A stretch of DNA of 64,000 nt from Candidatus Thorarchaeota archaeon (GCA_048884785.1 JBHLQM010000001.1:1-64000); one strand, 5' to 3'. Shown: positions 10,064 to 20,231, numbered from the stretch's first letter. A program made the numbers and translations. The notes: generated from the sequence alone by a model not told the origin.

Positions 10064-10163
10064 AGGATTACTCCTCTCGTCTAGAATTGCACATTAGGTT
10101 GTATGGCATTATTCATGAATTAGGAATATCAATCATATGCGTGTGTATTTAGCTTCGTGCCAA

Positions 10164-10376
10164 TTACACGCCAGCCGCAAGTAGAATAAAGTGAATTCCA
10201 AATCCAAGAAACACTGCACCTAAGACCAAAGCAAAAATAACCTTCAATTTTGAGAAGTGACGCGCATGTTCTACATGAACAACAAGCCAGCCCAAGGCGA
10301 ATATCCCGAAGAATATGAATATAATTGCCAAATACACGAATAGAGATTCCACACCAAAAGATCCAATCTGAAGCAT
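10164..10376 (-). CDS. small two-TM membrane protein
   Basis: Two hydrophobic helices separated by HVEHARH. GAGG RBS upstream. Confidence 0.7.
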   Translation of the reverse strand: MLQIGSFGVESLFVYLAIIFIFFGIFALGWLVVHVEHARHFSKLKVIFALVLGAVFLGFGIHFILLAAGV

Positions 10377-10465
10377 TGAGTCAACCTCGGACAGTTTGCT
10401 ATGTGGCGCATTCCTATGTGAATTTAAACGTCACGGTCGTACAAGAATCATCCTATACCGTATCA

Positions 10466-11236
10466 TTACACAAGAAAGTCATACTCTTTTTCGATAGTTT
10501 CATCATCGATGGATATTTTTCTGATTAGCTTTCCCCTTTTCTTCGCAAGCCTGCGTTTCTCTGCAAATGACATTTTTGGGTCATCAGGAATCTCAATATC
10601 ATCAATACGAATGAAATGACGGACGTAGATGCTCTTGGTTTTGGAGGTTATCATATTAAGTACATCAGGAAATAGATTCTTTGCAAGGAAATCGAATGCT
10701 TCTTGGTTATTCTCCAGAGAGCCCTTGCTGAATACTGGTTCCTTGGCTTCTACTTCCTCATCTTCATCCGATCCCGCAGGGCTTTTTGGGAAGGACGTCT
10801 TGGTAACAACTTTCCATGAACTGCTTCCGGTTGGATTCATAGAGAGAAGGTAGAAGGTTGTGGGGCTATCCAATTCAAGTAGCTGTTTGATGTCTTCAAT
10901 CGGAGCGGTCTCGTTTAGCTTGGCCTTGAAGGTCGTGGCACCCTTGCCTTTGGAAACACTCCATGAGATTGGCATGGTAAGCTTTTTCGTTACTTCTCGA
11001 ATATCTTCGTAGGTTACGATTGTACCTTTTACCTTCTGATTCCCTCTGGGAACTCCATGAAGGTAGGCTTGAATGAAGGTTTTCTCCAAATCCAAATCAG
11101 CTTTGAAAGAAATTCTTGCTTTGCTCAACTTGATTATAGCTCGAGGACCGGGATGTTCACCTATCCCATACTTTACAAATTTCGCGTGAACATAGTCATC
11201 CGGTTTTCCTTCAATTATCTTTGCAACCCAGCTCAT
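10466..11236 (-). CDS. uncharacterised Lys-rich protein
   Basis: 256-aa ORF with ATG start. No catalytic motif recognised. Confidence 0.7.
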   Translation of the reverse strand: MSWVAKIIEGKPDDYVHAKFVKYGIGEHPGPRAIIKLSKARISFKADLDLEKTFIQAYLHGVPRGNQKVKGTIVTYEDIREVTKKLTMPISWSVSKGKGATTFKAKLNETAPIEDIKQLLELDSPTTFYLLSMNPTGSSSWKVVTKTSFPKSPAGSDEDEEVEAKEPVFSKGSLENNQEAFDFLAKNLFPDVLNMITSKTKSIYVRHFIRIDDIEIPDDPKMSFAEKRRLAKKRGKLIRKISIDDETIEKEYDFLV

Positions 11237-11298
11237 CGTTCTTTAACCCTTGGAACCTCCTTATTTCCTCTGATTTAAACATGTTGCGGAAGGCGCCT

Positions 11299-13029
11299 CT
11301 AGAGTACAACCAAACCTAGAAACAACCAAAGCCAAATGACTCCAATTGTTAGTACCAATATTGCCAGCAAATCAATCATCAAACCAGTTGTTATCATTTC
11401 ACGAAGTTCCAGTTCTCCGGTGCTATAGGCGATTGTGGATGGTGGAGTACCAGTGGGAAGGGCGAAATCCATTGAAACCGCAATGGCGATGATCATGATG
11501 AGAAGGAGGGGGTCAATCCCTAAACCAGCTGCTAGAGGAATGGCAATTGGTATCAGAATAACTGCAGCTCCTGTATTCGATGCGAACATCGTGAGTAAAA
11601 CAGCGATTCCTCCAACAACCATAACGACCAGTATACTAGGTAGCATTCCGATTGCAGTCATTTGAAATGCCAGGAATGAAGACAATCCTGTTGATATCAT
11701 CGCATTCCCCAAGGCAATTCCACTGCCCAAGATAAGTAGCGCAGACCAGTTTATCTTAGACGAAACATCTTTTTCGTCAAGCAATCTGAGAGCTAAGAGA
11801 GCCAAACCGCCCATTACAGCTACTATTGAACTTGATACACCATGAAAACCCTCACTAAGCCACAAAGTAACAACTGATGCGAAGACTATAACTACCAGCT
11901 TTTGCTGAGTGTTCATAGGACCTAACTTCAGGTATTCTCGCGCGGATACCTCTTTTAAATCATCAATCTCCTCTATCTCCTTAGGCAACTTGAACCTGAA
12001 TATCAGCCATTGCCATATCAATGGTAGCAGAATAAGTACTACAGGTAGACCAAATGGTATCCATGACATAAATGTGAATTCCACCCCTAGGAAGGAGTTG
12101 ATATAGGTTGCAGCAAGCGGGTTGGGAGGTGAACCAACAAGCGTGCCGATGCCTCCGACGGTGGCAGAATAGGCTGCACCCAGCACAAGTGCTTTACCGT
12201 ATCTACTTCTGATTTCAGTGCTTCTAACACGAGAGACAATCGCAATAGCAATAGGAACCATAATCGCGGCTGAGGCTGTATTGCTGATCCACATTGAAAG
12301 AAATGCTGTGACTCCCATGACTGTTATTAACAGCCCTGATCCCGATCCCGTTGCATGTGAAAGAATCAGGAGGGCAAGGCGTTTGTCAAGTTCATACTTG
12401 CTCAGCGCCCTTCCAATAAGAAATCCTCCAAATATCAATGCAACTGCTGGATCAAAGAATGGTGCAAACGCAGCATTCGGGTCAGCTATCCCAGTTAGGA
12501 CGATTAGAACAGGAATCAGTATTGAGGTGGCAACAAGACTAATGCCTTCAGAGAACCATAGAATAGCAACTACTCCAAGGATCATGACTGCAGCTCTGGA
12601 ATTTACAAGCGGCCGGTATTCAATGAGGAATGTCTGACCACTCTGTTTTGTCGGTCGGAGTAATTGCTCAAATCCATTTGGCCCTGTGAGCAGGAGGGTT
12701 ATTTGGTCAGCCTGAAGTTCTAAACCTGTAGTAGTTATTTCGAAAATTAGCAAGCTGTTAGGAGAGAGAGGCATTGTTGATGTATAGGTAATTGTTAGAT
12801 TTGTCAAATTGCCATCTATTACTGCAGTAGTATCTTCTGTTGAACCACCCTCCGTAATAGTGATAGTGAATGAATAGTTACCACTTATCACAGGAGAATC
12901 AATGGTTAGCATTGCACTATATGAGCCTGCGGCCACATCGTTTGGTGCGAGATTATATAGCACGAAACCAGCAGTAACTGCAATTATCAGAACAAATACC
13001 GTCTTTCGCGAAATCTTGTATGGTTCCAT
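11299..13029 (-). CDS. DASS/SLC13 family sodium-coupled anion (dicarboxylate/sulfate) symporter with extra N-terminal domain
   Basis: Two SNT motifs (WISNTA, FASNTG), GTLVGSPPN, LPTGTPPS, many TM helices. Confidence 0.9.
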   Translation of the reverse strand: MEPYKISRKTVFVLIIAVTAGFVLYNLAPNDVAAGSYSAMLTIDSPVISGNYSFTITITEGGSTEDTTAVIDGNLTNLTITYTSTMPLSPNSLLIFEITTTGLELQADQITLLLTGPNGFEQLLRPTKQSGQTFLIEYRPLVNSRAAVMILGVVAILWFSEGISLVATSILIPVLIVLTGIADPNAAFAPFFDPAVALIFGGFLIGRALSKYELDKRLALLILSHATGSGSGLLITVMGVTAFLSMWISNTASAAIMVPIAIAIVSRVRSTEIRSRYGKALVLGAAYSATVGGIGTLVGSPPNPLAATYINSFLGVEFTFMSWIPFGLPVVLILLPLIWQWLIFRFKLPKEIEEIDDLKEVSAREYLKLGPMNTQQKLVVIVFASVVTLWLSEGFHGVSSSIVAVMGGLALLALRLLDEKDVSSKINWSALLILGSGIALGNAMISTGLSSFLAFQMTAIGMLPSILVVMVVGGIAVLLTMFASNTGAAVILIPIAIPLAAGLGIDPLLLIMIIAIAVSMDFALPTGTPPSTIAYSTGELELREMITTGLMIDLLAILVLTIGVIWLWLFLGLVVL

Positions 13030-13110
13030 GCCAATTCCTCGCTGTGTATCATGTGAAGTGGTTCTGATTTATTACAAGAGGAGCGACCGCAGCGGTGATT
13101 GGGGAATACT

Positions 13111-13473
13111 TCAATCTATAGGTCTTGAAACAGCAATCCTTTCAAATTCGGATGAAGCTGTAAACAATCCTTTGGTCCCAATTATTGTCTTAGTTTTCTC
13201 AATGTAGCCTTCAGACTGCAATTCGAGAAGCTGGGCAAGTTCCTCAAATTCGTCAAAAGGACCTTCGAAGACAGTAAATCCCGTAAATTCAGTCCCAAAT
13301 GCATTTCCTGCTTCTGCGATAATCTTCATGCCTTTGGGAAGGTCTGTTCGAGCTACAGCCCATTTCTTTATCCAATCCCGTTTGTCATCGTCCGTCATGG
13401 ATCGAAGTTTGTACATTACGATGTAGACAAATTCGAGCTTGGACTTCTCACCAATGATGGGACTAGCGGCCAT
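13111..13473 (-). CDS. hypothetical protein, possible dimeric alpha+beta barrel (ferredoxin-like) fold
   Basis: Strand-helix-strand-strand-helix-strand pattern by eye. Confidence 0.55.
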   Translation of the reverse strand: MAASPIIGEKSKLEFVYIVMYKLRSMTDDDKRDWIKKWAVARTDLPKGMKIIAEAGNAFGTEFTGFTVFEGPFDEFEELAQLLELQSEGYIEKTKTIIGTKGLFTASSEFERIAVSRPID

Positions 13474-13546
13474 GCATCAAATACACACAGGTGAGCTTAT
13501 AAAAGGGGCGCTAAAAACAGAGATGCATCCATAGGAGTAGAAATCT

Positions 13547-14776
13547 TTGGGACTTCGAGCGTCGGAACACAAATGGACTTTGATGATTCTGTACCTAGTT
13601 ACTTTCGTTATGAGAGCATCGTTCTACATGACAATAGCAGTAATTCAAAGTGAATCGTACATGGGAGGTGCAGTTGCAAGTTGGGAAGCAGCCGCTGTCT
13701 TGATTGTATACCCGATAGCTGAATTGTCAACAGTATCATTCTTTGGATCGTATAGCGATAAAGTGGGCAGGAAACCAATTCAAGTTGCCAGCCTATTTGT
13801 GACAGGGATTACAGCTCTCTTTTTCGCCCTTAACACCATAACGATTCTAATAGTGCTATTCGGAGTGATATTTGGTATTGCCATTGCTGCGAAGGTGACA
13901 ACCACCCTCTCTATCATTGCAGATTGCTCTCTTGAAGATAATCGTGCGAGACTAATGGGATACTACGACCTATGTACTCTAATGGGACTTGCAGGCGGGT
14001 ATGGAATGGGTATTCTATTGATTCAATTCCATTATGAAGCAATATTCATTCTTCTAGGCGCTTCTGTTGCATGTATTATTAGTGGATTCCTAGCATTTGC
14101 CGGCTTAAAAGAAACACGTCAAGTTGTTGCGGACCAAGTTAGTATGATGGCACTTCTCAAAAAAGTCGCAGGTGACAAGAGAATCCAAAAGCTTCTACCA
14201 GTTTATGTCCCGATAATTGCATTATATGGCCTAATTATAGCCAATGCCGAGCGACTACTAGAAGCGCATTTCTCCATCTCAGAATATGACCTATTAATCC
14301 TCTTTGGCATGCTTGGAGGATCTCTGGTTCTCGGTATAATCACAATGGGGCATTTGTCAGACCGCTATATGAAGAGAAGACCGTTTATTGTGACAGGACT
14401 AATTGCATTTGGCTTTCTGGCCTATCTCCTATTCGCCTTCGCTGACAACTTCACAGATCTATGGAGTATTTGGCCAGTTCTACCAATCCTAGGATTCACA
14501 GCGGGAGCGTTCCCACCAGCTGCACTCGCATACATGACTGACATATCTGACAAGAATGCGCGTGGCAGCACAATGGGTGTTTACAGTATCTTCTTTGGGT
14601 CCGGAATGGTGATCGGGCCTGCTGTCGGCTATTTCATGTATGAGGGGTACGGCTTGGTTGGAATGGCTGTCCTTGTTGCTATTCTGATAACCATCGCCTG
14701 CATTGGAACATATTTCATGCCAGAGATGCATGCAGGAAGACATCCTCCCAAAGAATCCCAAGAGAAACATGTGTAA
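13547..14776 (+). CDS. MFS transporter
   Basis: About 12 TM helices. Motif A in both halves (GSYSDKVGRK; GHLSDRYMKRR). Confidence 0.92.
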   Translation: MGLRASEHKWTLMILYLVTFVMRASFYMTIAVIQSESYMGGAVASWEAAAVLIVYPIAELSTVSFFGSYSDKVGRKPIQVASLFVTGITALFFALNTITILIVLFGVIFGIAIAAKVTTTLSIIADCSLEDNRARLMGYYDLCTLMGLAGGYGMGILLIQFHYEAIFILLGASVACIISGFLAFAGLKETRQVVADQVSMMALLKKVAGDKRIQKLLPVYVPIIALYGLIIANAERLLEAHFSISEYDLLILFGMLGGSLVLGIITMGHLSDRYMKRRPFIVTGLIAFGFLAYLLFAFADNFTDLWSIWPVLPILGFTAGAFPPAALAYMTDISDKNARGSTMGVYSIFFGSGMVIGPAVGYFMYEGYGLVGMAVLVAILITIACIGTYFMPEMHAGRHPPKESQEKHV

Positions 14777-14821
14777 GCAAGAGTTAATAGAAGCTAGGTC
14801 ATTTCATGAGACTAGATTCTC

Positions 14822-15469
14822 TTGGGGAGAGCCATTATGGTTAGGCTTACAACTGTTAGTAACCTCTTTGCAGGTATTGGAATTGCTGTTATTGCGGGTT
14901 CCGGCGGTCTCTGGGCGTTATTGACTTCCATCAGTCTTCCGCCAGAGTCAGGTGCTTGGATGTATCCATTCTACTTGTGGGTAGGCGGAGCCGCAATCCT
15001 ATGTCTGGTAATTGTTATGTCAGCTGTCACAACATTTACAGAACTTACTGGATTCGTGCATCCTGAGGATAAGCTCATCAGTAACATGTTCGTGTACTTA
15101 CAAGCGATCGCCACGATTCTGGTTCTTGGGATTCTTTATCCAACCGATACAATCCTGCAACAAAGGCTGTTCAATGTTGCAGCGATGATTGTGATTGCAT
15201 ACGTATTCCTATTCGTATTCATCTTCTTCAGTGCGGAAATCACTGAAGGTAGTGAGCAGGGTCAAGTTAAGGAGATGACCTCACGGTTCATGCTTGTGTC
15301 ACTCTTTCTGGGTGCTATCATGGCCGGCATCAAAGTGTTTCTTGACTGGGTCTGGGACGTCACTGCTTCATTTGGCTTGGCATCGTTGGTGCTGGCCTTG
15401 TTCGCAGTAGTACTAGTGTTCGGAATCGTAGCATATCTTGGAAGACGCTATGAGCCAGTTGGAGAATAA
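14822..15469 (+). CDS. hypothetical six-TM membrane protein
   Basis: Six hydrophobic segments. The start could be TTG 14822 or ATG 14837. Confidence 0.75.
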   Translation: MGRAIMVRLTTVSNLFAGIGIAVIAGSGGLWALLTSISLPPESGAWMYPFYLWVGGAAILCLVIVMSAVTTFTELTGFVHPEDKLISNMFVYLQAIATILVLGILYPTDTILQQRLFNVAAMIVIAYVFLFVFIFFSAEITEGSEQGQVKEMTSRFMLVSLFLGAIMAGIKVFLDWVWDVTASFGLASLVLALFAVVLVFGIVAYLGRRYEPVGE

Positions 15470-15476
15470 TCGTGTA

Positions 15477-15512
15477 CCTTGGTGCTGCTGCACCAAGGCA
15501 TGATACTTTTTT
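15477..15512 (+). terminator. hairpin plus T-run terminator
   Basis: Perfect 9-bp stem CCTTGGTGC/GCACCAAGG with a 4-nt loop, followed by TTTTTT, just after the stop at 15469. Confidence 0.7.
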
Positions 15513-15675
15513 GATGAAGTATCGGAAATTCTCTCCTGAAACACCCCTTTTTGTAGAGAAATGAAACAATTCTCTTAGTACTACTGAGTAAATGTAATAA
15601 ACAAGCAAGAAATACCAAACCAAGACAATCCCAAGGTGCTTGGTTTCCATTTTATTGGAAGGAGATTGCTGTATA

Positions 15676-17652
15676 ATGGGTGATGGTAAACTCTGGCTTG
15701 GTTCATATGTTGATGATGAAGGAAAGAGAACTGACCAGAAATTTGAGATTGGTGTCGACCTGCTGAGACGGCATGGAGGGATATTTGGATCAACCGGGTC
15801 AGGCAAGACTGTACTCAGCAAAATAATTCTTGAGGAAGCCGCGCTTCAAGGAATACCAATCCTTGCATTTGACCCTCAAGGAGATATTGCCTCATTGATG
15901 CTACCAGGTGACCCAAAGCAACTGCGCGAGAAAGGAGTCCCGCCTGAGAGACTGCAGCAATATTTGGACAAAGTCATAGTACGAGTCTATACACCTGCAA
16001 GCAGCAAGGGGCTATCAATCTCCATCAATCCATTGAAGTTGCCAGATCCAAAAGCGGACCAAGATGATGTTATCAGACTTCTTGACAACTCAGCCAGAAC
16101 CCTAACAAAGGTCCTGACGAAGGTTGGGGGGCTTTCTCGTTCCTGGGAGAGTAAATCATTTGCCGCCATCTACGAATTGATGCGCCATATCTGGGAAAAC
16201 AATCAGGATGTTGGAGACCTCAAAGAGCTTGCAGACATGCTAGTGGGGTCTCAAGAGGAAATTGGTGTTGATTTGGAGCCATACATGAAATTATCCGAAA
16301 GGCAGACTCTTGCCACCAGAATCAGGACTCTCACCGTTGGCTCTGCACAGCTGCTCTTCAAAGAAGAGGGGCAAATAGACTTCGATGATTTAGTGAAACC
16401 GGTTAATGGCAAGACTCCCATTAATGTGATATTTCTAAAGACCCTTAGAAGTGAAGAAGAGAAGCACTTCTTCATAGCTATTGTGCTTAATCAGCTCTAC
16501 TCATGGATGCTTCGACAGGGATTCACTGAAGACCCAAGGATGATGATATTTCAAGATGAAGCAGCACCCTTCATCCCGGCAGGAATGAGTTCACCCGGAC
16601 CAAAGGAAACATTCCTACTACTCTTTAGACAGGCAAGGAAATATGGTGTGGAGTGTCTAATAGCAACACAGAGTCCTAAGGATATTGATTACAAGGCATT
16701 TGAGCAGTTCAATACTATTTCGGCGGGTAGAATCAGCAGCGAACAGTCTCTCAAAGTATTGGAGAGAATTCTGGAACCTATAGCTGGAGAAAAAGAGTCC
16801 GAGCAAATAATTACAGCTTTACCAGGACAGCAGACGGCGAACTTCATCTTTTCGTCCGCGGATCTAATACCCAAAGTCAATCATATTGCTGCACGCTGGC
16901 TTCTTACAAAACATATCACTCTGACTGAAAAGGATGTAAAGGACCACATGGCCAAATTGGTTGCAGAGCAGCAGAAGATTCTGAAGAAGCTGGAACAAGA
17001 GCGTTTGGCAGAGGAAAAAGAAAAGGAGCTTGAAAGACAGAAACTCGAAGAAGAACGAAGAAAAGCTGCTGAAACTAAAAAACTGCAACAGGAGAGAGCT
17101 AAAGAAGAAGCTGAACGTTTGAAACAAGAAGAAGAGCTTAGATTGCAGAGAGAAAAGGAAATTGCAGAAAAGAAGTCCAAGTTTGCCAAGGCAAAAGATG
17201 ATGACAAAGTATTCACAACAAGAGGACAGGCAGGAATGGTTTCGTATGAGGATATCGTCAATGGATTTGTTGCACGAATAGAAAAAATCGCTAGGACAAC
17301 ATTTGGTCTTCAGTTGCTTAAGGAACTGGTTAGTAGAGGAGACCTTGAGTATGAGCGAGCCATGGGCATGTATTTGAAAGAAACTCGTGAAACTCTTAAA
17401 CAGGGCCTAGCACGAAAAGAAAAACTAGAGATAAAGAAACGAGGCAAAGTTGTACAAGTTGATCACCTTGTATTTGATTTCGATTTTGTATTGAAAAAAG
17501 TCGTTGAGAGCATGGGTATCAGAGAACCAGATTATGTAGATGAACAACGACTAAAGAAGCATTTAGAAAGGATAGTCAAATCGGCAAAGAAGACCTCCCT
17601 AATTGAGAGAATAGCGCTAGGTATGCCCTTCCTAGAATTCAGTGTTAATTAA
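15676..17652 (+). CDS. HerA/FtsK-superfamily ATPase (DUF87/DUF853-like) with long charged helix and C-terminal domain
   Basis: RHGGIFGSTGSGKT Walker A, FDPQGD, MMIFQDEA Walker B, RQARKYG arginine finger, ATQSPKD. E/K/R-rich segment around residues 440-520 of the track translation. Start re-placed at ATG 15676. Confidence 0.88.
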   Translation: MGDGKLWLGSYVDDEGKRTDQKFEIGVDLLRRHGGIFGSTGSGKTVLSKIILEEAALQGIPILAFDPQGDIASLMLPGDPKQLREKGVPPERLQQYLDKVIVRVYTPASSKGLSISINPLKLPDPKADQDDVIRLLDNSARTLTKVLTKVGGLSRSWESKSFAAIYELMRHIWENNQDVGDLKELADMLVGSQEEIGVDLEPYMKLSERQTLATRIRTLTVGSAQLLFKEEGQIDFDDLVKPVNGKTPINVIFLKTLRSEEEKHFFIAIVLNQLYSWMLRQGFTEDPRMMIFQDEAAPFIPAGMSSPGPKETFLLLFRQARKYGVECLIATQSPKDIDYKAFEQFNTISAGRISSEQSLKVLERILEPIAGEKESEQIITALPGQQTANFIFSSADLIPKVNHIAARWLLTKHITLTEKDVKDHMAKLVAEQQKILKKLEQERLAEEKEKELERQKLEEERRKAAETKKLQQERAKEEAERLKQEEELRLQREKEIAEKKSKFAKAKDDDKVFTTRGQAGMVSYEDIVNGFVARIEKIARTTFGLQLLKELVSRGDLEYERAMGMYLKETRETLKQGLARKEKLEIKKRGKVVQVDHLVFDFDFVLKKVVESMGIREPDYVDEQRLKKHLERIVKSAKKTSLIERIALGMPFLEFSVN

Positions 17653-18335
17653 ACCTGATTCTTGAAGATTTGAAAATCAGTCAGTCTACATTGGACCCAT
17701 CTCTCAATCATTTGCCTTGTTTTCTGAGCTGCTGAGTCCAAGTAGTCAAATGATACTTCAGGAGCACCATAGATGAGAAGGTATGCTTGAGAAGTGCCTC
17801 TTGTGACTTTCGTAAAATCGGAATCATGAGTCGCAAAACCAAAGCACACTATTCTCGTTGAATCAGCTAAAACTAGTTCTCGTCCAGTGCAGATTCTTGG
17901 TTCAGTAGCTCCTATCCTAGTGAAAGGTTCACCTTTCTTGGCTGTTCGAACTTGTAGTTCTCCCTCACATTTACTCACATCAACTAATCCTATTGGTAGT
18001 TTGTGCATTGCTGAAACAAGATTAGCAACATCTACGAGGCTCGAAATTCTCCAGAGGTTTTGCCCATTAACAATCCTTCTGAGAAGTGCTTCACTGGACA
18101 CCCGTAGTTTTGTTGGATCCATTCCATGTTTCCAATAGAGATCACGGTAGGACCTGAAAATTGGGTCATCCTTGATATCATCTAGTGATGTAGACTCACG
18201 GATAGTGGAAAACAACTCTGATTCATAATAATTCCATTCATTTCTTGAAGGACCTATCTCTACGTCATCCAAACCTAGGAGTGCAAGACTAAGATTGCTG
18301 TCCAATCCAACGAACTGGATATCGGGTAAACGCAT
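17649..18335 (-). CDS. stand-alone B3/B4 domain protein (PheT editing-like, trans-editing candidate)
   Basis: YRDLYWKHGMDPTKLRVSSEALLRR and LVDVANLVS..HKLPIG motifs. Start re-placed at ATG 18335. Confidence 0.85.
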   Translation of the reverse strand: MRLPDIQFVGLDSNLSLALLGLDDVEIGPSRNEWNYYESELFSTIRESTSLDDIKDDPIFRSYRDLYWKHGMDPTKLRVSSEALLRRIVNGQNLWRISSLVDVANLVSAMHKLPIGLVDVSKCEGELQVRTAKKGEPFTRIGATEPRICTGRELVLADSTRIVCFGFATHDSDFTKVTRGTSQAYLLIYGAPEVSFDYLDSAAQKTRQMIERWVQCRLTDFQIFKNQV

Positions 18336-18436
18336 GAATATTATATAGGAGTATGCCATTTTAGGTATTACCACGGAAGAAAATATACAAGCAAATGGAG
18401 TGTATTTCTGAAGTAATTGTGCAAGGTGGGTGGTCA

Positions 18437-18997
18437 TTGGAGAAGCCGGCATTTGTATACAAGATATGCATCGCAGGAGATTCAGCTGTTGGCAAGACCA
18501 GCGCAATTATTCGATGGTGCGAGGGGTTCTTTCGTCAGGAGTATCAAAGCACCATGGGAGTACAGCATTATTCAAGAGTAGTAAGCATTGGTAATGAAAA
18601 ACCAACAGTGGTGAAGATGATGATTTGGGATCTTGCTGGTCAAGATATATTCAAGCATCTTCGCGCCGCATTCTATGAGGGCGCAAAGGGCATTGTGATG
18701 ATGTTTGATGTGACCAGACAAGACACATTTACTTCTCTGCCAAACTGGATACGTGAAGCGATAGGCCATGTTGGTACTACCGTTCCCTATGTGATTGTGG
18801 GAAATAAGGCGGACCTTATTCCAGATGAAACCAAATTCTTTGGTGCTGCAGAATATGCACAATCATTGGGAGTGCCATTTCTTCTGACAAGTGCGAAAAC
18901 AGGCGAAAATATCGACGATTTGTTTTCAACTATAGGACAGATTGTACATAGTCAGGCTCAAGAAGAATTGAAGAAAGGAAGTTCTTGGATTGAATAG
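18437..18997 (+). CDS. Rab-like small GTPase (Ras superfamily)
   Basis: G1 GDSAVGKT, G2 YQSTMG, G3 WDLAGQ, FYEGA, MFDVT, G4 GNKAD, G5 TSAK. No C-terminal Cys. Probable TTG start at 18437. Confidence 0.92.
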   Translation: MEKPAFVYKICIAGDSAVGKTSAIIRWCEGFFRQEYQSTMGVQHYSRVVSIGNEKPTVVKMMIWDLAGQDIFKHLRAAFYEGAKGIVMMFDVTRQDTFTSLPNWIREAIGHVGTTVPYVIVGNKADLIPDETKFFGAAEYAQSLGVPFLLTSAKTGENIDDLFSTIGQIVHSQAQEELKKGSSWIE

Positions 18998-18999
18998 AA

Positions 19000-19812
19000 C
19001 TACATCATATCGATGATTTCATCTAACGACTCTACAGTTACACTTGGAGTTCGATCCATATCACCTGAATCAAATTCAACAACATTATCTTTTCGTTCAA
19101 TGAGAATTGTTGCTAATCCAGCTGCCTTCCCACCAGCTATATCGGATGCAGGATTATCACCAATCATGACTGAAGTATCTGGAGTAAAGCCAAGACTCTT
19201 CACGGTTTCAATAAAAATCTCAGGAAGAGGTTTTCCAAGAACTACACATTGAACTCCAGTTGCATGTTCAATCGCTGCAACAATCGAGCGTTCTCCAATA
19301 TATACATCCTCAGAACCGAGATAAACGCCGGGGTAGTCCAAACTACCACTGATGCAGATTAATTCTGCACCGCTTCTGACCATCTTTGTGGCGAAGTTTA
19401 GCTCAGGAAAAGTCATCCCTCGATCAGCTCCAACAGCCACAAAATCCACAGGAGGATTATTCACTACATCAAGTCCCCAGTCAATAAAGTCCTCCCTTGC
19501 ACCACCTTCGCTTATTACGAAACAGCGTGCACCTGGCATTCGATTGTCAATGTATGCAGCGGCAGCAGCACCGGCACTGAATGTGTGATTTCGCTCAAGC
19601 TTGAACCCAGCTGCCGTAACTACCCCATGAATCTGCCTCGCAGAAAGCCTTCCTACATTTGTGAGAACTGCGATTGTTTTTCCAATGTCCAGAAGATGAT
19701 TCCACAATAGCAACGCATCGTCAAAGGGTTTTGGATGTTCCACATCCTGAACCAGAGTATTGTCAACATCAAATATCCAGAGATCTAGCTTGCTGAGATT
19801 CATACAATTCAC
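19000..19812 (-). CDS. HAD-IIA family hydrolase (NagD-like)
   Basis: DVDNT, LTN, GKP and MIGDNPASDIAGG motifs. Confidence 0.9.
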   Translation of the reverse strand: MNCMNLSKLDLWIFDVDNTLVQDVEHPKPFDDALLLWNHLLDIGKTIAVLTNVGRLSARQIHGVVTAAGFKLERNHTFSAGAAAAAYIDNRMPGARCFVISEGGAREDFIDWGLDVVNNPPVDFVAVGADRGMTFPELNFATKMVRSGAELICISGSLDYPGVYLGSEDVYIGERSIVAAIEHATGVQCVVLGKPLPEIFIETVKSLGFTPDTSVMIGDNPASDIAGGKAAGLATILIERKDNVVEFDSGDMDRTPSVTVESLDEIIDMM

Positions 19813-19880
19813 ACACCGTGAAAGGATGTCATCCTCAAAAATCTGTCTAGAGGTTTTGAATGAGCTGCTGGCTAAAAGAA

Positions 19881-20231
19881 CTATTGGCTGCCAAGCAGAG
19901 GAATCACACAGATGAATCGAAATAGTTCTTTTCCCTCAGTATTGTCATATCCATGTTGCTCTAGAGATGGAATAAAGACAATATCATCTTTCTTGGCAAA
20001 GGTTTCCTTCTCTGCACCTAGTAGCTTGGCGGTTCCTTGTAAGATGAAAATTTCATGCTCCTCCTCGTGAGAATGAAGCGGGATAACTCCGCCTGGAGCT
20101 ATCTCAAATAGTCGCATTGCGTATGTCTTTGCTCCAGTTCTTCGGTCAATCAGCCATCGCACAGTAGTTTTCTGTGCCCCATCCATGGTTATTTCTTCTC
20201 TATCGCGTTCTTTGTAGCTTAATACATACAT
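19881..20231 (-). CDS. cupin domain protein
   Basis: PGG.IPLHSHEEEHE and PSLEQHGY motifs. Start re-placed at ATG 20231. Confidence 0.88.
   Translation of the reverse strand: MYVLSYKERDREEITMDGAQKTTVRWLIDRRTGAKTYAMRLFEIAPGGVIPLHSHEEEHEIFILQGTAKLLGAEKETFAKKDDIVFIPSLEQHGYDNTEGKELFRFICVIPLLGSQ

Noticed and set aside
16864-17261. Phe/Ser/Leu-rich antisense ORFs and a GAA/AAA-rich repeat-like tract
   Set aside because: These are the reverse complement of the E/K/R-rich helix of the ATPase, not a separate gene or DNA repeat.
14822-17652. Six-TM protein plus HerA-like ATPase as a CedA/CedB-like DNA import pair
   Set aside because: A hairpin/T-run terminator and a 200-nt gap separate them, the membrane gene appears co-transcribed with the MFS gene, and the ATPase has no N-terminal TM helix.
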